From: an uncultured archaeon
GTDB lineage: Archaea; Aenigmatarchaeota; Aenigmatarchaeia; CG10238-14; SCSR01
Assembly: GCA_964586885.1 (NCBI GenBank)
Contig: CAZPID010000001.1
Span: 24,080-82,117 of the forward strand
Direction: 5' to 3'
DNA length: 58,038 nt
The notes under the pieces were generated by a model. That model did not search any database, was not told where the DNA came from, and was given only the letters and a program-made list of their open reading frames with translations. The position numbers were made by a program, and so were the translations under genes. Position 1 is the first letter of the stretch, and each line of letters opens with the position of its first letter. Shown piece by piece: positions 1 to 9,093 of the stretch.

Positions 1-48
1 CATAGCATTCCAATCTATCATTGAGTTCTTATCTCTCTTTCTTTTCAT
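1..48 (-). CDS. partial CDS (5' end only, runs off left edge)
   Basis: rc ATG at 48..46 opens MKRKRDKNSMIDWNAM with no stop before position 1; only 16 codons are visible. Confidence 0.2.
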   Translation of the reverse strand, partial: MKRKRDKNSMIDWNAM

Positions 49-55
49 AGCTTTA

Positions 56-364
56 TCACACTTTGTCGCTTCCGTTCCTTTCTGATCCTCCGAATATTTT
101 TCTTAAACCATAATTATCTAAAACTTGTATAGTTTTATCCGTTCCTTCTTTGTATGCTAATTGCAAATTATATGATGGAAATACTTCATCTTTATGGCCA
201 CACCAACACTTCAATGCTATCACTCTTGTATGGTGGCCATCTTTCAAAAATAATTTTGGTAATCGAATAATCTGTAAATCATGTTTGTGCGGGATTAACT
301 TTCTAAGAAAATTCAAGTTTAACTCCTTCTTCCTCTTGTCTGTTGTAAGAGTTGATAAAAACAA
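56..364 (-). CDS. hypothetical protein
   Basis: 102-aa track ORF, co-oriented with neighbours; no motif recognised; 46-nt overlap with the next ORF. Confidence 0.35.
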   Translation of the reverse strand: MFLSTLTTDKRKKELNLNFLRKLIPHKHDLQIIRLPKLFLKDGHHTRVIALKCWCGHKDEVFPSYNLQLAYKEGTDKTIQVLDNYGLRKIFGGSERNGSDKV

Positions 365-537
365 GAATCACAAAAAAATATCCATTTCATACCTATCTCA
401 ATTTTATGTAATTTATTAAAATAGATATGTTCACCCTTTTTACCATCCCAACCTATAACGAGTTCTGGATTATCACAAATAAGACATTTGTAGTGTCCTA
501 ATTGTAATGGATGATCAAACATTTCAATTTGACTCAT
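319..537 (-). CDS. small zinc-ribbon-like protein
   Basis: Track ORF 319..642 trimmed to the ATG at 537..535, which forms an ATGA junction with the stop of 534..743; two CxxC pairs (CLIC, CDSC). Confidence 0.35.
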   Translation of the reverse strand: MSQIEMFDHPLQLGHYKCLICDNPELVIGWDGKKGEHIYFNKLHKIEIGMKWIFFCDSCFYQLLQQTRGRRS

Positions 538-743
538 GATTTTTTTCCCCGCGCTTTGTTTTTTCGTCTTGCTCTGATTTTCAATCCTTTTTTGCTTTTC
601 TTTCCTGATGATGTTAGTTTTGGTACTCCCCTGGTAGGACATGCAAGAACATTGTATTGATGAATCAAATCTTCTAAAACCATTTTATCGTACTTGTCTA
701 ACATGTAGTCTTTTATTCTTATTGTCACTTGTTTTGCTTCCAT
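534..743 (-). CDS. hypothetical protein with basic C-terminal tail
   Basis: 69 aa; tail GKKSKKGLKIRARRKNKARGKKS. Confidence 0.45.
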   Translation of the reverse strand: MEAKQVTIRIKDYMLDKYDKMVLEDLIHQYNVLACPTRGVPKLTSSGKKSKKGLKIRARRKNKARGKKS

Positions 744-964
744 TAGAAATCATCATCCGTTAAATCGAAATAACAATTTCCGCACAAATACCCCTCGCCA
801 TGAAATTCAGAGTTTAACCACTCACGAAATTCGTCTTTAATTTTTTTGGGTGCGTATTTTAATTTTCTAAGTACACCCATTGACCAATTACTACGTCTTG
901 AATCGTTCTCTTGGACTCGGAATTCTTCTTTGCATCTACAACAAAATGGTATTTCTTCACTCAT
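743..964 (-). CDS. zinc-ribbon protein
   Basis: 73 aa; CCRC...CGNC pattern; stop/start coupled to neighbours. Confidence 0.5.
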   Translation of the reverse strand: MSEEIPFCCRCKEEFRVQENDSRRSNWSMGVLRKLKYAPKKIKDEFREWLNSEFHGEGYLCGNCYFDLTDDDF

Positions 965-1140
965 TTTTTTCTCCTAGACTTTCGTTTCAAATCTCTAAAT
1001 GTCACTACAAAATCATTAATAAGAGTCCACGATGTTGATTTTATCCCTTCATCAATGAGATGATTTGAATATTTTAAAACCTGATTTATTGTTTTAGTTT
1101 GTAGTTTCGCAAACTCTTTTTTTGTTAAACGTTTTGTCAA
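961..1140 (-). CDS. small HTH-like protein (TTG start, below the track cutoff)
   Basis: 59 codons open. TTG at 1140..1138 overlaps the upstream stop as TTGA, and the stop overlaps the downstream ATG as ATGA. Product LTKRLTKKEFAKLQTKTINQVLKYSNHLIDEG... looks helix-turn-helix-like. Confidence 0.4.
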   Translation of the reverse strand: MTKRLTKKEFAKLQTKTINQVLKYSNHLIDEGIKSTSWTLINDFVVTFRDLKRKSRRKK

Positions 1141-1415
1141 TTCTTCATCACCCTTATATCGAAATGTTTTGTACTCCGTCTTTTTGAATCAATGAATTTT
1201 CTTATAGCATCATTCCTATTTTGAATCGCTAGTTTGAAAAATCCGATAGTGTTTTCAAGAAATGGATACTTAGTTTTATCAAGCGATTCAAGGTTTCCTA
1301 CAGTCTTTGAATATTGCCCAATTTCATCAAGCGCGTTTCTAATCTGAATATCTAATCCTTTCCATCCTATTTTATGTAATTGGTATGCTTCAATCTGTTT
1401 TTCTATCTTCATCAT
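1137..1415 (-). CDS. hypothetical protein
   Basis: 92-aa track ORF, translationally coupled on both sides. Confidence 0.5.
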   Translation of the reverse strand: MMKIEKQIEAYQLHKIGWKGLDIQIRNALDEIGQYSKTVGNLESLDKTKYPFLENTIGFFKLAIQNRNDAIRKFIDSKRRSTKHFDIRVMKN

Positions 1416-1777
1416 GCGTATAATTTCCCTAATTCCTTAAATCCTTCTGAATCAACGATCAATACATCACCATCAATAACAACAAAGTCATTGATAGACA
1501 TTGATGTGTGTCCAACACCTGAACTCCTAATCTTTTGCTGACCTGCTGGTGTTCCAAGTGGATTTCCTTCTTCTGTTCCATCATTGTAGATTATGAATAA
1601 CTTTTCTGCGTATTCTCGTTTTGATTTTACAGATTTATCTTCATGTGTATCTACCATAACGAAACCTTTCAGTCCTTCTGATCTTAACAAGTCTTCTGTG
1701 TGGTGTGCATCAGTAAAGAACATGTGTGGATTTTCTAAGAAAGCATCTTTTGTGAAATAATAAATTACTGCTCTCAT
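1412..1777 (-). CDS. hypothetical protein
   Basis: 121-aa track ORF; no motif recognised. Confidence 0.55.
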   Translation of the reverse strand: MRAVIYYFTKDAFLENPHMFFTDAHHTEDLLRSEGLKGFVMVDTHEDKSVKSKREYAEKLFIIYNDGTEEGNPLGTPAGQQKIRSSGVGHTSMSINDFVVIDGDVLIVDSEGFKELGKLYA

Positions 1778-1817
1778 AACTCTTTACCATCCTTACAATA
1801 TATCTGTGGTATTGGCA

Positions 1818-1964
1818 TTAGTTTTTCACTTTTTTCCCATAATGTCTTGGATGTTTTTCTTTGACATGGCGTGATAATTGACCTAGTGTCCAGTAACCTT
1901 CATCACAGATTGGGCATACATAGAATGGATCTGCACAGGTTAAATCTGTCTTTGGTATTCTCAA
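1818..1964 (-). CDS. C2H2 zinc-finger protein (TTG start, below the track cutoff)
   Basis: 48 aa; TTG at 1964..1962 overlaps the upstream stop as TTGA; contains YVCPICDEGYWTLGQLSRHVKEKH (C-x2-C-x12-H-x4-H). Confidence 0.45.
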   Translation of the reverse strand: MRIPKTDLTCADPFYVCPICDEGYWTLGQLSRHVKEKHPRHYGKKVKN

Positions 1965-2218
1965 TTTTTACTCACCATTTGGTTATTCCGTCGTGAAATT
2001 CGATTACTTATAAAACAATCTTTGTGAACAACTATCAGAAATTTCATTGTTTCATTCTGTTCAATTGCATTTAAATCTAAACAGTCTGAACAAGTGAAAC
2101 TTTCTGTAGCACCAAGTTTTTTATTCTCTGGTACATACTCGTATTTTGCATTACCTTCTATAACATGCTTACAAGTTAGTACCATACTGTCAATCATTTT
2201 TTGCTCATTATCTTTCAT
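1961..2218 (-). CDS. Cys-rich small protein
   Basis: Track ORF 1961..2281 trimmed to the ATG at 2218..2216 (TAATG junction with the upstream stop); CKH...CSDC. Confidence 0.45.
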   Translation of the reverse strand: MKDNEQKMIDSMVLTCKHVIEGNAKYEYVPENKKLGATESFTCSDCLDLNAIEQNETMKFLIVVHKDCFISNRISRRNNQMVSKN

Positions 2219-2499
2219 TAGTTTTTCACCCTTGGAGTAATCGGTTGTGGAGTTTCCCAACTTTCCCCGCACTCTATGCAATAATGTTTGCCTTTATGAC
2301 CAGCCTTTCTCCAACAATCCTTATGTGAATCATCAGTTGGATGAGATTCACTGCATATATCCGAATCTAATGATAAAAAATCTTGTGATCTACTTTCATT
2401 ATCTATCATCTCATTAATTCTGTTTGATGTTTTTCTGTCTAAGGATTTAAGATGTTTTTCAAGTTTTTTATCAGAGAAATCTTTGGTACAACCTTTCAT
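2218..2499 (-). CDS. Cys/His-rich small protein
   Basis: 93 aa; HKDCWRKAGHKGKHYCIECG. Confidence 0.5.
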   Translation of the reverse strand: MKGCTKDFSDKKLEKHLKSLDRKTSNRINEMIDNESRSQDFLSLDSDICSESHPTDDSHKDCWRKAGHKGKHYCIECGESWETPQPITPRVKN

Positions 2500-2533
2500 A
2501 GTTTACTCACCGATACCTGAAATTGTTTTGTAC

Positions 2534-3676
2534 TCATATTGAAGTATCCTTTTCCATATAGTCTGACAGAGCGCTTTGAAATTCTATTGATGCCTCGTCC
2601 TGTTTAGTTAATTTCTTTCTGTGATCAATCTTTTGGTGATATGGCAGTTTAAGGGCGACAAAGATTTTCTTGTGTAGGTCTACTCTGGCTTGGAATTTTC
2701 TTTGTTCCACCACTGGATCTAGTGTACCATACTTTGCCTTAAAGATCATAGCAGATATATTTGACATCTTGACTGAACTAACATAGTCCTCTATGAGATG
2801 TTTTGGCACATCATATTTTCCAATCTTGACTGTTTCTTTAGTTGGTGTTGCCTTCTTTGGTGATTCAATATCATTTACTAACTTTGTCAGCATCGATGAT
2901 GCCCGACTTTCCATATTACGTCCACGTTCAACCATTGTAAACATTTGTTCGGCTGCAATTGCTGTACTAATTGCATCGTTTCTACAGTCACGAATTAACT
3001 TCATCATTTCTTTATCGTATAACGCCTGTGTATTTATTACATCAAGAATTGTTTCAACTTCTAATCCCTGCCTCCATTCTCTTGAACCGATATCATATTT
3101 TTTATCACGAGATATTCCGAACTCAGTATATAATGCCGACTTTGCAAATTCATAATTATCTAAGGCTTCAAGATAACTTTTGTTAAGTTTTGTTGAATGT
3201 AACCTTTCAAATTTATCTTCTAAATTATATCGAACCGCTTTTATTTTATCCCTAGTTGCTTTTGCCATAATTAAATCCAATACGATCCTTTTTGTTACTG
3301 GTAGATTATCATCAACGATAAAATAATTTTCTTTAAGATATTTTTGATGTACTGTTAATCTCTTTTGATATTTAACATCTGGTACATTTTCATATCTGAA
3401 ACCACCATCTTTTCTATATTTTTTACATTGCGTACAATCTGGATTATTACAAAGTGTGTTACCGAGAAACTGTGCTTTACCAATCAAAATATTACGTCTT
3501 TGTTCTGATGTTGGCTTTGGTTTCAAACTATCAAACATTTTATTCACTGAAATGAGATTATGTTCAATAAGGAAATTTTGTATTCGCTCTGTAAACCACC
3601 TACCCTCAATTATAAAATGAAGTGACATTGTTTTGCTCAAAGTTGTAGCACCACCTTTAGATGTCTTTTGAACCAA
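2534..3676 (-). CDS. hypothetical protein (380 aa)
   Basis: Long track ORF; no motif recognised; the start could instead be the internal ATG at 3628. Confidence 0.6.
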   Translation of the reverse strand: MVQKTSKGGATTLSKTMSLHFIIEGRWFTERIQNFLIEHNLISVNKMFDSLKPKPTSEQRRNILIGKAQFLGNTLCNNPDCTQCKKYRKDGGFRYENVPDVKYQKRLTVHQKYLKENYFIVDDNLPVTKRIVLDLIMAKATRDKIKAVRYNLEDKFERLHSTKLNKSYLEALDNYEFAKSALYTEFGISRDKKYDIGSREWRQGLEVETILDVINTQALYDKEMMKLIRDCRNDAISTAIAAEQMFTMVERGRNMESRASSMLTKLVNDIESPKKATPTKETVKIGKYDVPKHLIEDYVSSVKMSNISAMIFKAKYGTLDPVVEQRKFQARVDLHKKIFVALKLPYHQKIDHRKKLTKQDEASIEFQSALSDYMEKDTSI

Positions 3677-3870
3677 CCATACATTTGGTCTGGTGTAAGA
3701 TTTTCAACTATTACTGCTTCTTTACCAATCTCCCTAATTAGAATTAATGATACTAGTCCACTTATCGCACCTTGTCTTAAATGATAGCGTTTTTTTGTGA
3801 ATTGATTTAATAGTTGCTCAAAATGAAGTAACTTTAATTCAACTGGTTCTGTTTCTGTAATTGATTCCAA
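3637..3870 (-). CDS. hypothetical protein (TTG start)
   Basis: 77-aa track ORF; start codon is TTG (plus-strand caa at 3868..3870); preceded by AGGAGG and the conserved 18-mer at 3928..3945. Confidence 0.45.
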   Translation of the reverse strand: MESITETEPVELKLLHFEQLLNQFTKKRYHLRQGAISGLVSLILIREIGKEAVIVENLTPDQMYGWFKRHLKVVLQL

Positions 3871-3927
3871 TTTTAAGACCTCCTCCTATTTTTGGTTTTG
3901 TCCATGGTTTACCTACGTAAAGATATT

Positions 3928-3945
3928 TTATAAACTTTTATGTAT
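3928..3945 (-). promoter_or_regulatory. BRE/TATA-like promoter element ATACATAAAAGTTTATAA
   Basis: The reverse complement is an exact 18/18 match to 45865..45882 and a 16/18 match to 25048..25065; it sits upstream of the ORF starting at 3870. Confidence 0.45.
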
Positions 3946-3948
3946 AAT

Positions 3949-4089
3949 CTATTTGGTTGGCCCTGATAGATCAGGATTGTTTGCTATACAATTACCACAT
4001 GTCAATACATCAGGTTCATAACACATTCCAAAACCATCTTCTACTTCACAATCAAAATCTCTTTTACAGATAGGACAATGGTGTGGCAT
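3949..4089 (-). CDS. zinc-ribbon protein (46 aa, below the track cutoff)
   Basis: ATG at 4089..4087, TAG at 3951..3949; MPHHCPICKRDFDCEVEDGFGMCYEPDVLTCGNCIANNPDLSGPTK. Confidence 0.4.
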   Translation of the reverse strand: MPHHCPICKRDFDCEVEDGFGMCYEPDVLTCGNCIANNPDLSGPTK

Positions 4090-4128
4090 ATTTTTTTATC
4101 CTAATAATTGAATAAAAAACTGTTGAAT

Positions 4129-4365
4129 CTACCATTTTTTACAGACTTTTGCAAAAAGAACCCAAGAAAGAACTCCTGACCAAAAGATCAAGAAAGGAAT
4201 TATCACTGGTTCGATCCATTCTAAAACTGGAATCCATTCTATAACTGGAGTATGTTCAAACCCTAGAAAAATTCCTCCACCAATTATAAGACTTTTAATA
4301 CTCCAGATTAGCAATACCCAATAGGTAACTTTTTTCTTAAGACTTTGTAACATATTCCCGCACAA
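4129..4365 (-). CDS. small membrane protein
   Basis: 78 aa with two long hydrophobic segments (WVLLIWSIKSLIIGGGIFLGF; VIIPFLIFWSGVLSWVLF). Confidence 0.5.
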   Translation of the reverse strand: MCGNMLQSLKKKVTYWVLLIWSIKSLIIGGGIFLGFEHTPVIEWIPVLEWIEPVIIPFLIFWSGVLSWVLFAKVCKKW

Positions 4366-4993
4366 AATCGTAGATATTTTTAGCTATTTTTTTTCCAATT
4401 CCTTTAACTTTAATCATCTCTTCTATTTCAGCATTCACTAATTGTTGAATAGAACCAAACTTTTCTAATAATAGTTCAGCCTTTCTAGGTCCAATATTTG
4501 GAAAACTAGCAACTAGATATTTCATCCTTTGTGCTTTACTAAAATTTATCCTCTCCATTTCAGGAAGTCTAGGTTCATAATTTTCACATTTATCGTGGAA
4601 GTATTTTAAAAATATCGCAGTATCAAAAGGAGTTTCTGTAGAAACCATATTTATGATTCCTTGCTTACCATCTGGTGAACGTTTAAGTATTGTTCCAGCC
4701 ATACTAGAAAGATAAACTTCCTTCTTTAATCTTCTGTGCATCAAAGCCTCAGACATAAATCCCTCGATAATTATCGTTGAAACTTCAAAATTAAAACTCA
4801 TATTATACAGTTGGTTATTCAAATGTCCGCTTATTAGACTGCTAGCATAATCAGAAGCTTCCTTTCTTTCAAAAACCCAATTCCCGATCACGTAATCTCC
4901 AACTTCTAGCTTGGTAAATTCAATTGGCACATTCATATTTTCTAATTGTTTAGGAACGATGGATCTCTTTTCTCTATTATCAATTATTATCAA
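4337..4993 (-). CDS. xpf: XPF/ERCC4-family structure-specific nuclease (short archaeal form with HhH2)
   Basis: ERCC4 signature VGDYVI...VFERKEASDYASSL; C-terminal tandem helix-hairpin-helix FPNIGPRKAELLLEKFGS...VKGIGKKIAKNI. Confidence 0.8.
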   Translation of the reverse strand: MIIIDNREKRSIVPKQLENMNVPIEFTKLEVGDYVIGNWVFERKEASDYASSLISGHLNNQLYNMSFNFEVSTIIIEGFMSEALMHRRLKKEVYLSSMAGTILKRSPDGKQGIINMVSTETPFDTAIFLKYFHDKCENYEPRLPEMERINFSKAQRMKYLVASFPNIGPRKAELLLEKFGSIQQLVNAEIEEMIKVKGIGKKIAKNIYDFVREYVTKS

Positions 4994-5018
4994 CTTTTAT
5001 ACCTCTTTTTGATAATTT

Positions 5019-5819
5019 CTAAATCCATGCTTTTAGTGTACTTTTCGCCTTAACTATTTTTTCCCGAATTCTTTTCTCCGTATTCGGATTGATCTCATAA
5101 CCAACTAATTTCCTGTTCAAATTAATACAGGCTTGTAAAGTTGTACCACTACCAAGACATGGATCAATTATTAGACCATTAGGATTACTACATTTTTTTA
5201 CGATATCCTCAACGATTTGATAATTGGTTTCTGTTAGATTAGTATTTTTTCCTAAATTATAAGGTCTTCTAATACTCTTAGCATCTTCAACATATTCTCC
5301 TTTGGCATTCCAGATTCTATTATCTAAAGGAGGCTTAACAAAATAAAAAATATGTTGATGTGAAATTGTAAAAGTATTTGGAGAATAGACACCAAAAGTA
5401 TAGTCCCAGATTATTTCGCGTAATCTAATAAAGCCCGCATCATAAGCTGGATATAAAACTTGGTTTAATTTGTCTTGTGTATGTCCTTCTCCTTCAAATT
5501 GATTTTTCTTATTTACTACTAAATCCTTAGCATTGACACATGCACTCCACCAAAAACATGAACCTCCTGGCATTAATTTCTTATAAATTTCTCTCATTCG
5601 AATCTCGCACCATTCCTCGAATTCTTCATCTGGAACTTCTACATATCCTTCAATAGCATCATCCGTTCTGTTGTAATTGCTAGCTTCTCCTTTAAAATTA
5701 ATTCCAAAAGGAGGATCAATTATACATAATTCAACGGTACCATTTTCTAGTTCATCCATATTTTTATTATCGTGGAAGTAGACTTTGTAGTCTTCACCTT
5801 CTAATATCATTAGATCCAT
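5019..5819 (-). CDS. DNA methyltransferase (beta-class, probably N6-adenine or N4-cytosine)
   Basis: Catalytic motif IIDPPFGI precedes the AdoMet motif IIDPCLGSGTT; ends STLKAWI; alternative start at ATG 5810. Confidence 0.8.
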   Translation of the reverse strand: MDLMILEGEDYKVYFHDNKNMDELENGTVELCIIDPPFGINFKGEASNYNRTDDAIEGYVEVPDEEFEEWCEIRMREIYKKLMPGGSCFWWSACVNAKDLVVNKKNQFEGEGHTQDKLNQVLYPAYDAGFIRLREIIWDYTFGVYSPNTFTISHQHIFYFVKPPLDNRIWNAKGEYVEDAKSIRRPYNLGKNTNLTETNYQIVEDIVKKCSNPNGLIIDPCLGSGTTLQACINLNRKLVGYEINPNTEKRIREKIVKAKSTLKAWI

Positions 5820-8800
5820 CTCTCCAGAGAAGGAGTGCCCAAAACGTTAGCCCAGCTAATCCCATAATCTTCTAAGATATTTTCAAGTTTTGCCTTTAGA
5901 CTCACATCAATCATTTTTTCCCATGCTATTTCTAAAGTCTTAAAAGCCGTAGGATCCTCAAAAGCAATTACATCTGAAGTATGTCCATTATATTCTTTAA
6001 CGTAAAGATATTGAACCTGATCTCCTCCTTTAATATCAGTTCCCAGATTTAAATTTGCTAAGATCGCTGCTCTAACATGAGCTGGATAGACCTTATATGC
6101 ATCTAATGGTCTATCCATTCCTTTTTTTAATGCTATATCAACCAAGGGCTGTTCTCTAAAATTTCTGATTATCTTAGTAATTTTTTCCCTAACTTCGTCC
6201 TTGTCTAATTTTCTCCTTACAATCAATTCAAGTAGATATTCCTGCGTTTTTTTAGTATATTCACTTTGATCTCCTCTAATAGCATCATATCCCTTAATTT
6301 CTAAAAAGTCACAGTCTCTACCTTTCCAAACACAGTGGCCTGCGTATCTCTTCTTCTTGCCACTGTAAAGGATCGTCTTATAAAATTTTTCAAACTTTAA
6401 AGAAATAGAAACATCACCTAACTTGTATTCATTTTTAAACCATTCCTTCATTAATTGATCTATCTTTTTTCCTATTTCCGGAGCTTCTTCAAATGGAACA
6501 TCTACTTGCAGACCGTCAGTATTATGAACTAAAATATCATTTGCAAAGAAGCACTCCGTGCCTGGAACAGATAAGTCATAAACATAACCATTGTATTCTA
6601 TAGACTCTATCTTTTTCGGATATCTAATTTTTAAATTATTATAGAAAGTTTTCTTCTTATACGGTTGTAATCTCCTATTTTTTCTATCTTGAATAAAACC
6701 AATTTTCTTCTGAAAAGTCTCCCTGTCTAAAACGACCGCGGCATAGCTGTAGGTATTACTGAATTTACCTTTATAATAATTACCTCCTATATCTTTTTTA
6801 ATCCCGCATACTATTCCGACGGACAATAATAATTCCTTTACCTGTTCAACTAGTTTTAAATTAATAGAACCATAGCCGGTATCTCCACCTACAACAATAT
6901 CTCCGTCTGCTGAAAACATTCCACGCAATAATGCACATTTATTTTCTTCGGTTTCCTCGAATATCCAATTTGGAATCTCCTTAGTTTTACTGGTTCCAAC
7001 AAACCCTAATTCTTTCATTAGGCTTTTAAGCATTTTAGACGAAATACATGAATCTCCTTCCTTACCAATCGAATAACCTCTACACCATTTTTCTAATACT
7101 AGAGGTCTAAGTAATTTAACTCCTAACTCAATTGAATCTATGCCTAAACTTTGATAAATATAATATGGCTTATTATCATAAGATCCGTCGCCAATCCAAT
7201 AACCAAAGAATGACATTAACTTTGGACTATATCCTTTGGTTCTAACTGGATATGAAGGAATGTATCTAGGAGACAGCAAACTATGCACATCTGTAGGTCT
7301 TACCAACTGTATCTCAATCGGAGTTTCTGTACAAGGTCTAGGTTTAGTAGAAAATATAGAATGATCTTCTGTAACGTCAACATAATCCATATTTGTAAGA
7401 CTAATTCTATAGACCTTCTTATTGACCTTATGCCTAATAATTTCTATTGCATTTGAAGTCTTAATTTTGCCATTGGAAGTATCACATGTTAGAAGTGGAA
7501 TTCGACATTGTTTTCTTTCTTTACCAAATTTATCTTTAAAAATTGTAGAAGGAATCAAATTCCATAATTTTTCAATTTCAATTTGTCCTATTTTCGTCCT
7601 GATTTTAGTGTCCTTGGTAACACTATCTCCATAGAGTACTGTAAATCCCAAATTTTCAAATTCCTGCTTCATATGTAGAAGTCCTTCTCTACCATATCTT
7701 GTTACTTCACCTCCAACGGACTTCGTATGGAATCTATTGTATCTGGAACTAAGATATCCATAAATTATTTCTGTTAAAGTTTTAATGGCTTCCTTTTCTT
7801 TTTCTACAATTTCATATTCATCGGTTCCTGGAACTAGATGTTCCAGTTTCTCCTCCACCTTATCTCTTAAAAGGATATATTTTCTACAGACTTTGGGAAA
7901 TAATCTATGATTATCGGGGGATAAATTAAAACTAATTATAATATTTGGATAATATCTAGACATATCAAAAACACTTACATTTTCTGAAAGCCCCTTATGT
8001 TCCTGCTCTAAGACCAAGGCTCCTCTAAAAATTTCTTCGTCTTTAGATGTCATAGATCTTAATATCAATCCCTCCTTTTTAGCATCTCTTATCATATCCG
8101 TATCAATTAGAACTGAACCTGCGAATCCTTTCTCAATATGTTCTATCCCTACCATATCTTTTAACCTCCTAAAATAATCTGAAATCCAATAATACTTTTT
8201 ATCAATTTGTACGGTATACCAAACGTCTTTCATGTTATATTTGACTAATTCTTCCGGAGCATTTTCAAACATTTCTTTTACCTTAGCACCTTTGTATGCT
8301 TCGTCCTTTGTAGTCAATTTTTCCTTTAGTGCGATCCTCTTTAGTTTTGGATATCTTGATATCTTGTGGTATTTGGTATATCCTATCATTAAGTCAAATC
8401 TCTCTAATCCATCAAAATCTAGAGGAAGAGATAACTTCTTAGTCCTGTTTAATAAATAATCAAAGTCATATTCAATGTTCCAACCTACCATCATATCCGG
8501 CATAACCTCATAATAACATTTGATAAAATTCGTAAGAAGTTCATCTTCTGTTCTAAAAACAAAAACGTTATTTTTACTATCTGAGTTCAAAGTAGGATGA
8601 TATACAAAACAGAAATATTCTTCCTTATAGGTATCATAAACTGTAATCGCACAAATTGGTTCTTTGGCATCATCAGCATTTGTAAATTTGGATGCTAAAA
8701 CTTCTATGTCCAGATACCATTTCCTTAGAGGAATATCAACGGTGGTTGGATGAATATCTCTACATCTAACATTTTCTAAATCATCGGTATTTATTTCGAC

Positions 8801-9091
8801 TCCAGAAAGAATTTTTTGGTCAATCATAAATCTTCTGGTATAAGGAATATCTGCTTCAAAATGGATAGCATATTTCGATCTTCTCTTTGGAACATCACCG
8901 GGTTCACTAACAACTATTTTCTTTAATTTTTCGTCATAAACGGACTGGTAAATTCCTTCATCATCTTTTACGAAAAAATAAGGCTTGAAGTCTATGACAT
9001 TGAATTTTATTTTTTTATTATCTATTGTCCTCAAATATCCATAAATTAAACTACCATTCGCGTGTAATGAAGTAAGAATCCCACGAACCAT
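5810..9091 (-). CDS. polB: family-B DNA polymerase, interrupted by an intein
   Basis: Exo motifs YLDIEVL, NIEYDFDYL and YNMKDV; motif A DMSRYYPNII; motif B KTLTEIIYGYL; motif C is split as LYGD-[intein]-TDGL. 1093 aa, or 725 aa after splicing. Confidence 0.93.
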   Translation of the reverse strand: MVRGILTSLHANGSLIYGYLRTIDNKKIKFNVIDFKPYFFVKDDEGIYQSVYDEKLKKIVVSEPGDVPKRRSKYAIHFEADIPYTRRFMIDQKILSGVEINTDDLENVRCRDIHPTTVDIPLRKWYLDIEVLASKFTNADDAKEPICAITVYDTYKEEYFCFVYHPTLNSDSKNNVFVFRTEDELLTNFIKCYYEVMPDMMVGWNIEYDFDYLLNRTKKLSLPLDFDGLERFDLMIGYTKYHKISRYPKLKRIALKEKLTTKDEAYKGAKVKEMFENAPEELVKYNMKDVWYTVQIDKKYYWISDYFRRLKDMVGIEHIEKGFAGSVLIDTDMIRDAKKEGLILRSMTSKDEEIFRGALVLEQEHKGLSENVSVFDMSRYYPNIIISFNLSPDNHRLFPKVCRKYILLRDKVEEKLEHLVPGTDEYEIVEKEKEAIKTLTEIIYGYLSSRYNRFHTKSVGGEVTRYGREGLLHMKQEFENLGFTVLYGDSVTKDTKIRTKIGQIEIEKLWNLIPSTIFKDKFGKERKQCRIPLLTCDTSNGKIKTSNAIEIIRHKVNKKVYRISLTNMDYVDVTEDHSIFSTKPRPCTETPIEIQLVRPTDVHSLLSPRYIPSYPVRTKGYSPKLMSFFGYWIGDGSYDNKPYYIYQSLGIDSIELGVKLLRPLVLEKWCRGYSIGKEGDSCISSKMLKSLMKELGFVGTSKTKEIPNWIFEETEENKCALLRGMFSADGDIVVGGDTGYGSINLKLVEQVKELLLSVGIVCGIKKDIGGNYYKGKFSNTYSYAAVVLDRETFQKKIGFIQDRKNRRLQPYKKKTFYNNLKIRYPKKIESIEYNGYVYDLSVPGTECFFANDILVHNTDGLQVDVPFEEAPEIGKKIDQLMKEWFKNEYKLGDVSISLKFEKFYKTILYSGKKKRYAGHCVWKGRDCDFLEIKGYDAIRGDQSEYTKKTQEYLLELIVRRKLDKDEVREKITKIIRNFREQPLVDIALKKGMDRPLDAYKVYPAHVRAAILANLNLGTDIKGGDQVQYLYVKEYNGHTSDVIAFEDPTAFKTLEIAWEKMIDVSLKAKLENILEDYGISWANVLGTPSLERWI
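6521..7624 (-). mobile_element. PolB intein (368 aa) with LAGLIDADG homing endonuclease
   Basis: In-frame insert inside YGD/TDG. It starts SVTKDTKI, has block B TEDHS and two LAGLIDADG motifs (FFGYWIGDGSY, LLRGMFSADGDI), and ends FANDILVHN followed by a +1 Thr. Confidence 0.85.
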
Positions 9092-9093
9092 TT

